A DNA stretch of 64,000 nucleotides from Octopus vulgaris. Its lineage: Eukaryota. Below the pieces are notes generated by a model, which saw only the letters and a list, made by a program, of their open reading frames with translations, had not been told where the DNA came from and made no database searches. Positions 12,460-23,803 of this stretch are shown piece after piece; within the stretch, counting starts at the first letter, position 1; every line of letters starts with the position of its first letter. Position numbers and translations under genes: made by a program. The DNA lies in NCBI GenBank assembly GCA_951406725.2, contig OX597824.1, forward strand, positions 20,460,001 through 20,524,000, in the 5' to 3' direction.

Positions 12460-13372
12460 ACGGCGAGCTGGCAGAAACGTTAGCACGCCGGGCGAAATGC
12501 GTAGCCGTATTTCGTCTGCCGTTACGTTCTGAGTTCAAATTCCGCCGAAGTCGACTTTGTCTTTCATCCTTTCGGGGTCGATTAAATAAGTACCAGTTAC
12601 GCACTGGGGGTCAATATAATCGACTTAATCCGTCTGTCTGTCCTTGTTTGTCCTCTCTGTGTTTAGCCCCTTGTGGGTAGTAAAGAAATAGGTATTTCGT
12701 CTGCCGTTACGTTCTGAGTTCAAATTCCGCCGAAGTCGACTTTGTCTTTCATCCTTTCGAGGTCGATTAAATAAGTACCAGTTACGCACCGGGGTCGATA
12801 TAATCGACTTAATCCGTTTGTTTGTCCTCTCTGTGTTTAGCCCCTTGTGGGTAGTAAATAAATAGGTATTTCGTCTACCGTTATGTTCTGAGTTCAAATT
12901 CGGTCGAGGTTGACTTTGCCTTTCATCCTTTCGGGGTCAATTAAATAAGTACCAGTTACGCACTGGGGTCGATATAATCGACTTAATCCGTTTGTCCTCT
13001 CTGTGTTTAGCCCCTTGTGGGTAGTAAAGAAATAGGTATTTCGTCTACCGTTATGTTCTGAGTTCAAATTCGGTCGAGGTTGACTTTGCCTTTCATCCTT
13101 TCGGGGTCAATTAAATAAGTACCAGTTACGCACTGGGGTCGATATAATCGACTTAATCCGTTTGCCCTCTCTGTGTTTAGCCCCTTGTGGGTAGTAAATA
13201 AATAGGTATATTGTCTGTCTTTACGTTCTGAGTTCAAATTCCGTCGAGGTTGACGTTGCCTTCCATCCTTTCGAGGTCGATAAATTAAGTACCAGTTGCG
13301 TACAGGGGTCGATCTAATTGATTGGCCCCCTCCCCCAAAATTTCGGGCATTGTGCCTGGAGCAGAAAGGAAT
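12460..13372 (+). mobile_element. SINE family A tandem array (one head, five body units)
   Basis: Four ~180-190-bp units ending AAATAG and restarting GTAT(T/A)T, then a final unit with an alternative CCCCCAAAATTTCGGG tail; two more diverged monomers follow to about 13840. Confidence 0.9.
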
Positions 13373-13958
13373 ATTCCTAACAAATAAAGGCGGTGAGTTG
13401 GTAGTCTCGGTAGCACGCCGGGCAAAATTTTTTAGCGGCATTTCGTCCATCTTTACGTTCGGAGTTCCAATCCCGCCGAGGCCGACTTTGCCTTTCATTC
13501 TTTCGGGGGATCAATAAAATATGTACCAGTTGCGTACTGGGGTTGATGTAACCAGCTCCCCTCCCCAATGAAATTTCTGTCCCTGTACCAAACTTTGAAA
13601 CCAATGTTAAACGTCGATAAACCGGCCGAGCTGGCAGAACCGTTAGCACGCTGGGCAAAGTGCTTAGCGACATTTCATGTGCCTTTACGTTCAAATTCCA
13701 CCAAGGTCAACATTGTCTTTCATTCTTTTGGGGTCGATAAAATAATAAATACAGTCGAGCATCGGAGTTAATATAATAAAACTAATCCCCTTCCTGAAAT
13801 TGCTAATTTCGGGAGAGCCTTGTACCAAAGATTTTGATCCTATTATTAATAACAAGTTATTATATTTAAAACAGAAAACAGATGGTGTACTTATGAAAGC
13901 AACAGGTGATAAAAGGTTTATAAACATTTCGCGGAAACGCTTAGTCTGCGACTCTGGG

Positions 13959-14002
<44 letters not shown>

Positions 14003-14008
<6 letters not shown>

Positions 14009-14079
14009 GTCTGTGGATGTGGGAATCGGTATGTGTGTATATATATATATATATTTGTGTCTGTGGATGTGGGAATCGG

Positions 14080-14110
<31 letters not shown>

Positions 14111-14135
14111 TTGTGTCTGTGGATGTGGGAATCGG

Positions 14136-14186
<51 letters not shown>

Positions 14187-14209
14187 GTCTGTGGATGTGG
14201 GAATCGGTA

Positions 14210-14248
<39 letters not shown>

Positions 14249-14276
14249 GTCTGTGGATGTGGGCATCGGTATGTGT
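14003..14276. repeat. Compound minisatellite, five copies separated by (TA)n
   Basis: ATTTGTGTCTGTGGATGTGGGAATCGGTATGTGT x5. Confidence 0.95.
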
Positions 14277-14440
14277 ATACATATATGCACCTATGTATGA
14301 ATGTGTGTCTATATATGTATGCATATACGCATACATATATATATATAGACGAAGAAAAATCTGATTAACTGTAAAATAAAACATGAATGTACAAATCTCT
14401 GTTCTGATTCTAATTTCATTATTTTTCTCTGTGGACTTAT

Positions 14441-14604
14441 GGGCGTAGGAGTGGCTGTCTGGTAAGTAGCTTGCTTACGAACCACATGGTACCGGGTTCA
14501 GTCCCACTGCGCGGTACCTTGGGCATGTGTCTTCTACTATAGCCTAGGGCCGACCAAAGCCTTGTGAGTGGATTTGGTAGACAGAAACTGAAAGAAGCCC
14601 GTCG

Positions 14605-14635
<31 letters not shown>

Positions 14636-15016
14636 GGTGTCCCCAAAAAATGTATACACACCTTAAATAATTGTAAATTTGTTATTCTTTGTAAGCCTAG
14701 TACTTATTCTATCGTTCTCTTTTGCCGAACCACTATGTGTATACATTTTTTGGGGACACCCTGTATATCTATATGTGTGTGTGTGTGTGTGTTTGTATGT
14801 CTATATATCTATATGTCTGTGTTTGCGCACCTCACCAACATCGCTTGACAACCTATGCTGGTATGTTTACGTTCCTGTAACTTAGCGGTTTAGCAAAAGA
14901 GACCGATTGAATAAGTACTAGGCTTACAAAAATAGGTCCCGGAGTCGTCGATTTGCTCGACTAAAGGCGGTGCTCCAGCATGGCCACAGTCAAATGACTG
15001 AAACAAGTAAAAGAGT
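14441..15016 (+). mobile_element. SINE family B interrupted by a MITE
   Basis: Family B 5' and 3' halves flank 14633-14763. Confidence 0.85.
14633..14763. mobile_element. Tc1/mariner-type MITE (131 bp)
   Basis: Perfect TIRs CAGGGTGTCCCCAAAAAATGTATACAC, flanked by TA on both sides. Confidence 0.9.
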
Positions 15017-15436
15017 AGGACACTATGCGGTCCTTACAAGGGCATTTGAATTTACCAGGTGATGATTAACCGAGTATAGTAAATTTTAGCTAAATGGAGT
15101 TTATCTACATTCCCTGTGGTTAGCCAGCAATTGTTAACCGATAAGAGCGGAAACGGTATCCGCTTGGATTATATATCTCTCTTAACCATTTGGGAAATGT
15201 GCGCGCGCGCGTGTGTGTGTAGGCATTTTACAAGCGGGAGTAAGATTCGTTATTAATTGAGAGTGGCACAGTGGTTCTCAAGGGACTAGAGTTTCGTGTA
15301 AATGCATCGTGTTTGTCAAGCATGTTCGTAAGTGCATTCTCACGAAACTATAGGTCGTTGAGTAGCTCCTAGTGTATTTTCAGCTTATTTCACACACATA
15401 CATAGATACATGTGTAGGCGCATATATATGTATATA

Positions 15437-15743
15437 TCTTTATATATAAAATTGAAGTTGTGTGTGTGAGACTCTGTCTCCTCCGATTCAGATTCCTAAC
15501 TACTCCAACATTTTGCGGTGCAGTTTAACCAAAACCGGGTATCTTATAGTCGTGATTCATATCGAGCCCTTCTGGGTATTGGCGCGCGTCTACGATGAGT
15601 CTACGATTTAAAAAAAAATTTACCATCATTTTTCCGCATTTTTAATGATTTTTGCTCGGGTTATATAAGGGAAGTAACTCTCTAAAAATGCTTATATAGT
15701 TAATTCCCTTACAAACCTGAGCAACGCCGGGCGATACTGCTAG
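15437..15743 (+). mobile_element. Non-autonomous Helitron
   Basis: A|TC start, CTAG|T end, 3' hairpin; same family as 9543-10139. Confidence 0.85.
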
Positions 15744-15927
15744 TATATATATAAAATTAAAATGAGGGTGAAAAATTGGATATTAATTTGATAACATCAA
15801 TTTAACACCAGTCGTCTAGCATATAAAAAAACTGAGGTTCAGTAAATAGTATTTCATACATATAAGAGGGAATTTTACCACTATGTGGAAACCCTTCTGC
15901 TAGAAGAAGATCCGCTATGGTCTTAAC

Positions 15928-16304
15928 CACTAAGAATTGTTCTCTAGAAATTTTAGCAAACACCAGAAATGTAAGCGAGTAAGACAAATGAAAAGTAACA
16001 AAAATATAGATTAATCATAAATAAATGTTTCACTATCAGCGCGCCAAAACGAAGACTTTTGAAAAAATAACCACAATTGTAGTAGGTAGAACTGCATGCA
16101 TTTTCGACCTCGTGTTGATGTCTGGCGTGTCGTTCTGCAAATTATATTTGTATAGACGATCATACTGAGGATCTACGTAATTACGTAATTTGTTGATAGT
16201 GAAACATTTGTTTATGACTAATCTATATTTTTGTTACTTTTCATTTGTCTTACTCGCTTACATTTCTGGTGTTTGCTAAAATTTCTAGAGAACAATTCTT
16301 AGTG
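15928..16304. repeat. 111-bp inverted repeat with ~155-bp spacer
   Basis: 15928-16038 versus 16194-16304, two mismatches. Confidence 0.9.
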
Positions 16305-16915
16305 TGGCCTTTTCCCCCGCACAAGTAACCTATGGGAGGCCTGCCCTCCACCACCACTCATAATCTCACAGGGATGAGGCATTGGTGAAGCTAATTCATA
16401 GTTAAACTTTTGGTAACCCAGGCCTTGGGTTGTGCATCCAGTGGACAGGCGACAGATTTTTATTCTTATTTTTGAAGGCCCTCGGGTTCGCGGACTTGTA
16501 GATAAGTTCTGGTTTCATCATGAAGCCAACAGCATTGTCACATAATTAGCATCACTCTGTCCTTCTGTGCCTTAAATGCTGGGGATCTGGCTTCGTCCTT
16601 CATAATATACGTTCTGGAAGGCATCTTCTTCCAGAACAAGTCAGTCTCGTCCATATTGAAAACCTGTTCCGACTTGTATCCCTTGTCCTCGATAATCTGC
16701 CTGAAGGTCTCAAGGTACTTCTCGGCGGCTTCTTTGTCGGCTGACGCTATCTCTCCATGCAGGGAAACACACTTTATTTTAAATTGTTTCTGGAAACGGT
16801 CAAACCATCCCTTGCTGGCTTGAAAATCTTTGGGTTCCGGTGCTGTCAATGGTCTTGGTTGCGGTTCTTCGATGCCTTCTGCTCCGTCTCCTCTGTCGAA
16901 CTGCTGATATAATTT
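16305..16915 (-). pseudogene. Tigger/pogo-family (CENP-B-like DDE) transposase fragment
   Basis: FQASKGWFDRF, LHGE.ASAD, QVFNMDET.LFWKKMP.RTYI and FKAQKDRV are hallmark Tigger motifs; stop codons; no TIRs seen. Confidence 0.9.
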
Positions 16916-18839
16916 GCGTCTTCCATACTGTTTCTTTCAGTATGGCTACTACGCAGAAAAAGCAAGCCTTCCTTTCCCTGTTAAGAGCAGGAGGCGGCAC
17001 AATCTCGATGATAGATTCAGCTGATAGCTGTACTCTTCCCATCGATGACAACAGTTGCTCTGCGAAAACTATCAGTCCCGTTAAATACGGACATTCCACA
17101 AATGCGTGCAAGTCGGTTTCCCTGTCCTGCCGTGATTGGCCCTTCACAACACTCAGCCTCTCGTGCCGAGAGACGCGGGCCGCCAGACAGGAAGTCCCTA
17201 AGAGCCTCGCCATAATCCAGCACCCCGCCACTCCCAAACAACTCGGCAAAGTACTTGTGAATCGCCTCACACATCTCGTCCCGTCTAACGACCGAACTCC
17301 CATTGTCATCCACGAGAGACCTAATCGTGGAATCATTGCCACGCTGTGTTTCTACCGTACGGGCCCATCCGGCAACATTAATTCCCGCAGGGCCCAATGC
17401 GCGCACTTTAGCCCGAGCTCTGCACCCCTCATGTTTGGCTTTGAGGTGACGGTCCAAGGCCGTTCTCGCTGCCAAAATGTGAGATGCAGAGCCCAACCTC
17501 AACGCCTCCTCTAGGTCCTTAACTAGTTGCCCTTCTATTCTGGGCTTATCTAGTCTTAGCTGACGGCTAAACTTAATAGACTTAAAACGAATGGCTCTCT
17601 TCAGAGCGAACCACCATCGGTTATTAACCACCGGTTAACGCCCTCTGTACTAATTCCTCAATCTGGCTACGGTATGCCTCGCAAGTCAAAATAGACTTGT
17701 TCAGCTGTACTATCTATGTCCAGTCTACACTTAACCATTCTATGGTCAGTGTATGCTACTTGGACATACTGGGGGCAGCTAAAACTAGACTTATCTCCAG
17801 TTCTTATCACTATCCTATCTAAATAGGACTTGAACCTTCCGTCACCACTCATCCAGGTCCACTCTGGGACGTTCGGATGGTCAAGTCTGTAACGATCTGC
17901 CAGCTGAAACCACTTGAACAGATCCACGAGACGTGTGTTTACTTTCCTATAGATCGAGCCAACGCTATCGATGCGCGCATCAACAATAGCGTTATAGTCA
18001 CCTAACACCACTAATGACTTCGACGTCACGAGAAAGTTCTCTAGGTGCTGATAAAAATCAGTTTGAAATCCTCTAGCACAAGGTGCATAGATCCCGATCA
18101 ACCTGAAGGCCTTACTGCTGTATGTCACACCAAGGTCGACATAGACTGTACTTGTCTGCAGAGCCAAGCCTTTTCGAACCAGTACTACTACACCCCCTCG
18201 CCCTCCGGTCCGGCTAGGAGACATGATTTTCTCATAGTCATTCAGGAGGGGCGAGAAGGCTTGTAGACTGTCCAGCTTGGTCTCTGTAGCAACCATCAAA
18301 TGCATATCGTGTGATCTGAGGTCGTCGAGGAAACAAGCTTGCTTCCACTTCGAGCTCAGACCACGCACATTCAAACACCCAAGGTTTAGTGCAATCATTT
18401 AAAACAAAAGAAAAGCAAGGGTTCTACTTACTCTTTGACTTTTTCTTTTATTGGTGATGCTGGGGCTGACCTCACCACACGTGAGGCAGTCCTTTCCTCC
18501 TGCTCCTTCAAAAACTCCTTCAAATACCGCGGAAGGTCCGGGATGTTCGTGATGGTCCTCGGATGCCTACCCTTCATTTCATTATACAATTTTTTTGATA
18601 TCCAGGCACATCTCTCATCCGTGCCTTCGGGCTGCTGCAACAGCTCCACGGTTTGGTGCTTTTTTAAAATGACCATGGGATTGCACCTAGAAACTTACCC
18701 CCAGAGGTACAAGTCCTCTAGCGTTTCTATAACAATATTCTTAGAAGATACAGCAGCTACTGCCGCGAACTTTTTTTGCTGGCTCATGCAGCAGGTTCGT
18801 TTCTTTGATTACTTCGACCGACATATTCGTTCGAAATAA
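16916..18839 (-). mobile_element. Tx1/L1-clade LINE remnant: probable ORF1 end, ORF2 APE endonuclease, linker and C-terminal Cys/His region; RT missing
   Basis: ORF 17667-18398 has LNVRGL, ETK, IYAP, LGDYN, SYLDRI and TDH (APE); 17017-17631 ends PRLSAREAECCEGPITA; another frame has ETDLHAFVECP. Confidence 0.9.
17667..18398 (-). pseudogene. LINE ORF2 apurinic/apyrimidinic-like endonuclease domain
   Basis: Catalytic motifs N, E, Y, GDxN, D and DH in canonical order; frame breaks downstream. Confidence 0.9.
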
Positions 18840-18849
18840 ATGAAACACA

Positions 18850-19275
18850 ATTTAATCCCAGAAAAGGGAAACCTATAATTTTTTACTTTTTTTTTCTCTT
18901 AACGAGGACGACAGTTCGAATCCCACCCCTGCTGGGGGGTGAGACGTAGCAACAAAGCCTACAACGTTCGAAATTAATTTTTTTCTTTCCACACAATAAT
19001 AAAATATAGAATCCCCAAAAACGGGAAACCTATAATATTTCCCCCCCCCCACTCACAACGAGGACAACAGTTCAAATCTCGCCCACGCTAGTGGTGGATG
19101 CCACAATAGAGCCTACAACGGCTAAAATTTAATTTTTTTCAGCAATAATAAATTGTCTATCCAAAAAAATGGGTAACCTATAATTTTTTTCCCTCTTAAT
19201 GAGAATAACAATTCAAATGCCACCCCCGCTGGAGTGGGGGGGGGGGCACGACAATAAAGCCTACAACGGCTTTGA
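18850..19275. repeat. Three diverged ~150-bp tandem repeats
   Basis: Recurrent AACCTATAAT...CA.TTC.AAT...AGCCTACAACG. Confidence 0.75.
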
Positions 19276-19756
19276 TAAGTTCAATATTAATAATTTCAAT
19301 ATTTCAACAATTACTTTCTCCCGTCACCTGGAAAAAGCACAAAGATTCTCAAAGTTCAACAATGTTCAACATTTCGAAAATATTCAACAATAGACAACAA
19401 TTCCAATAGAAAAAATTTATCCACGTGCAACAAAACGTTTGACTCACCGCCAAAAAAAAAAAAAACACGTCTTTCCACCACAGAGGTTTTACCACACAGC
19501 CACTCTTGCGCCTGTTACGACACTTTTGCATAATAGCAACGGTTTGAATGCTCTGGGGTCATTTTCCCCTTTGACTATAAATACACACGTGACTTTATTT
19601 ACATTTCTGAAGATAGCAGAAACCCATTTCTCACACCCCTAACACAAACCCTAACACTAACCCCCATATATATATAAAAAAAAAACGCTTTATTGAAATG
19701 TATCCGGTACTTCCGGTACTTATACCGAAGTTACGCCTATATTGAATATGACAAAG

Positions 19757-20368
19757 GGCGGCGAGCTGGCAGAATCGTTAGCACGCCGGGCGAAATGCGT
19801 AGCCGTATTTCGTCTGCCGTTACGTTCTGAGTTCAAATTCCGCCGAGGTCAACCTTGCCTTTCATCCTTTCGGGGTCGATAAATTAAGTACCAGTTACGC
19901 ACTGGGGGTCGATGTAATCGACTTAATCCGTTTGTCTGTCCTTGTTTGTCCCCTCTGTGTTTAGCCCCTTGTGGGTAGTAAAGAAATAGGTATTTCGTTT
20001 GCCATTACATTCTGAGTTCAAATTCCGCCGAGGTCAACCTTGCCTTTCATCCTTTCGGGGTCGATAAATTAAGTACCAGTTACGCACTGGGGGTCGATGT
20101 AATCGACTTAATCCGTTTGTCTGTCCTTGTTTGTCCCCTCTGTGTTTAGCCCCTTGTGGGTAGTAAAGAAATAGGTATTTCGTTTGCCATTACATTCTGA
20201 GTTCAAATTCCGCTTAGGTCGACTTTGCTTTTCATCCTTTCTGGGTCGATTAAATAAGTACCAGTTACGCACTGGGGGTCGATGTAATCGACTTAATCCG
20301 TTTGTCTGTCCTTGTCTGTCCTTGTTTGTCCTCTCTGTGTTTAGCCCCTTGTGGGTAGTAAAGAAATA
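19757..20368 (+). mobile_element. SINE family A trimer with 17-bp TSD
   Basis: One head and three units; TATATTGAATATGACAA at 19738-19754 and 20369-20385. Confidence 0.92.
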
Positions 20369-21288
20369 TATATTGAATATGACAATACCAGTTGATGTAA
20401 AAAAAAAAAAAGGGTTGTGTCACAATGTTGCTATGTGACATGAGTTCGATTCTTGCAGGGGGTTTGTGGACTTGATAATGGCATCGTTTGGACAGTGTTG
20501 ATGGAATATATCTCTCCTTCTCTCTTTTCTTCTCTTCCTCGCCCTCTATCTCTTTCTTTCAATCTCCCTCTCTTTATATTTTCATGTTCCTAACTTCGTG
20601 GCCGACTTTCAGTTCTGACCATATATACCGAAATATGTATATGTGTGTGTGTATGCATGTTTGTGTGTGTGTGTTTGTCCCCCACCACCACCACCATCGC
20701 TTGACAACCGATGTTGGTGTGTTCACGGCCCTGTGACTTAGCGGTTCGGCAAAAGACTCCGATAGAATAAGTACTACAAAAGAATAAAGTCCGGGCGTCG
20801 ATTTGTTCGACTAAAGGCGGTGCTCCAGCATGGCCGCAGTCAAAAGAGCTGGGATTAAAATGAGGATGTTTGATGTGTGTGTGTGTATGTGTGTGCGTGT
20901 GCATGTGTGTGCGTGTGCATGTGTGTGCGTGTGCATGTGTGTGCGTGTGCATGTGTGTGCGTGTGCATGTGTGTGCGTGTGCATGTGTGTGCGTGTGCAT
21001 GTGTGTGCGAGAGAGAGAGAGAGAGGTGGGTAGGCGAGAAAGAAAACGGTAAAGGAAAAAAAGAATAAAGGAACTGGGATTAAAAGGAGGATATTTGATG
21101 CGTGTGTGTGTGTGTGTGTACATGTGTGTGTGTGTGTGTACATGTGTGTGCGAGAGAGAGAGAGGGAGAGAGAGGTGGGTAGGCGAGAAAGAAAACGGTA
21201 AAAGAAAAAAAATCAAGTTCTACATAGGTGGAAATGCAACGAAGAAAGAGGGAGGGAAAGCGACAGAAAAAGGGTTAAATTAAGTACC

Positions 21289-21803
21289 TATTTCTTTATT
21301 ACCCACAAGGGGCTAAACACAGAGGGGACAAACAAGGACAGACATAGGTATTAAGTCGATTACATCGACCCCAGTGCGTAACTGGTACTTAATTTATCGA
21401 CCCCGAAAGGATGAAAGGCAAAGTCGACCTCGGCGGAATTTGAACTCACAACGTAACGCCGACGAAATACCTATTTCTTTACTACCAACAAGGGGCTAAA
21501 CACAGAGAGAACAAACAAGGATAGGCAAACGGATTAAGTCGATTATATCGACCCCAGTACGTAACGGGTACTTATTTTAATCGACCCCGAAAGGATGAAA
21601 GGCAAAGTTGACCTCGGCGGAATTTGAACTCAGAACGTAACGGCAAACGAAATACGGCTACGCGTTTCGCCCGGCGTGCTAACGATTCTGCCAGCTCGCC
21701 GAAGTACCAGTTACGCACTGGAGCCGATGCAATCGACTTAATCCCTTTGTCTGTCCTTGTTCGTCCCCTCTATGTTTAGCCCCTTGTGGGCAATAAAGAA
21801 ATA
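21289..21803. mobile_element. SINE A dimer (-) nested in an opposite-orientation SINE A fragment (+)
   Basis: AAGTACC duplicated on both sides of the dimer; host copy resumes at about 21702. Confidence 0.8.
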
Positions 21804-22240
21804 AGAAAAAGGGAATAATGTGAGAAAAAATAAAAGTGGGAAGGAATAATGTGGATATCTTGCTGTTGTCAAAATGAAAGGAAAATGAGTTAAAATGTTT
21901 TGTGTGTGTGTGTGTGTGTGTGTTTGAGAGAGAAAAAGAGGGAGAGAGAGAGAGAGAGGGGGGGTGTATGTGACTGAGAAAGAAAGATAGATATATATAG
22001 AAAGAAAGAGGCAGAGGGAGGAGATTGGGTGGGAGAAGGCGATTGCGAATGAATGTAGGAAGTGCGAGTTCCTGTCGTCGTGAAAAGTGGGTAAATGACC
22101 AAGCCATCAATTACTTTGATAGAAGAGGGTGGAGAAAGCCACGGGGGTACCGGGGTGGTGGTGGTGGTGGTGGAGGGGGAGGGAGAAAGAAGGGGGAAAG
22201 GAGACGGTGGCAATTCACTATCCACTTACCATCAGCCCCG

Positions 22241-23090
22241 CCACCACCACTACCACCACCACCACAACCACCACCACCATCACCATCACCACCACCACCA
22301 CCACCACCACCACCACCACCACCACCACAACCACCACCACCACCACCATCACCACCACCACCACAACCACCACCACCACCACCACCACAACCACCACCAC
22401 CACCACCATCACCACCATCACCACCACCACCACTACCACCACCACCACAACCACCACCACCATCACCACCACCACCACCACCACCACCACCACTACCACC
22501 ACCACCACCACCACCACCATCACCACCACCACCACCACCACCACCACAACCACCACCACAACCACCACCACCACCACCACCACCACCACCATCACCATCG
22601 GTACCACCACAACCACCACCACCACCACCACCACCACCACCACCACCACCACCACCACCACCACCACCACCACCACCACCACCACCACCACCACCACCAC
22701 CACCACCACCACCACCACCACACCACCACCACCACCACCACCACCACCACCACCACCACCATCACCACCACCACAACCATCACCACCACCACAACCATCA
22801 CCACCACCACAACCACCACCACCACCACCACCACCACAACCACCACCACCACCACAACCACCACCACCACCACCACCACCACCATCACCACCACCACAAC
22901 CACCACCACCACCACCACCACAACCACCACCACCACCACCACCACCACCACCACAACCACCACCACCACCACCACCACCACTACCACCACAACCACCACC
23001 ACCACAACCACCACCACCACCACCACCACCACAACCACCACCACCACCATCACCACCACCACCACCACCACCACCACCATCGGTACCACC
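22241..23090. repeat. (CCA)n microsatellite
   Basis: About 850 bp of CCA with ACA/TCA variants. Confidence 0.98.
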
Positions 23091-23538
23091 GTTAGAACAT
23101 GGCAGTTGCTTTTCACGAACGAGCAGGAGTGGTTTACAAATAGAATATATTTGGAATAAATAAATAAATAAATAAAAACACAGACATCTGAAAGCTCACT
23201 TCGTCTTCACTTCCTAAAACCTCCCCTTCTCTTAAAACCTCCACTTCCTAAAACCTCCACTTCTCTTATAATAACCTCTCAATCCGGTAGAAATATATAG
23301 AGAGAGAGAGGGAGAGAGAGAGAGAGAGAAAGACAGACAGACAGGGACGTAGGTGTTTTACTTATAAGGATTCCAGCAGGATGATTCAATGACTTACACT
23401 TGTTTATGGGATTTCAAGATGTTACCAAAGACATAATAATACGACGCAGCCAGGGCCCAGTGGTTAAGAAGTCCGCTTCGCAACCAGGAGCTACCCGTTT
23501 CTGTTTTTCTTTGTGTGTGTGTGTGGAGTCCTGTAGAA

Positions 23539-23803
23539 GGATCTTTTCGGTTTGAACGGCAGTTTTTTCTAGCGGTGTCAGATGAAATTGTCACCCATAA
23601 TTGTGACCCTAGTATCGATCTATTGCATTTCAATCCATTTTAGATTTAGGGTTAGTTAGGGTGGGTTAGGGTTAGGGGTGGGAGAAGGGTATCTTTTTTT
23701 CTTCACAAATGTAAATAAACCCAATCTGTTTCTTAAACGAGGGATATATTCATACGGCACAGAATGTTGTTTACCTCAATAGGCGTCAGTGATTGGTTGA
23801 AAT
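23539..23803 (+). mobile_element. Truncated copy of the GG-terminated MITE
   Basis: Left TIR GGATCTTTTCGGTTTGAACGGCAG and body match 27513-27934; right part absent. Confidence 0.85.

Noticed and set aside
16840-17514. 224-aa + strand ORF
   Set aside because: Antisense shadow of the LINE and Tigger coding strand
22025-23163. Long poly-Pro/His/Thr ORFs
   Set aside because: Translations of a (CCA)n microsatellite, open in several frames with no domain
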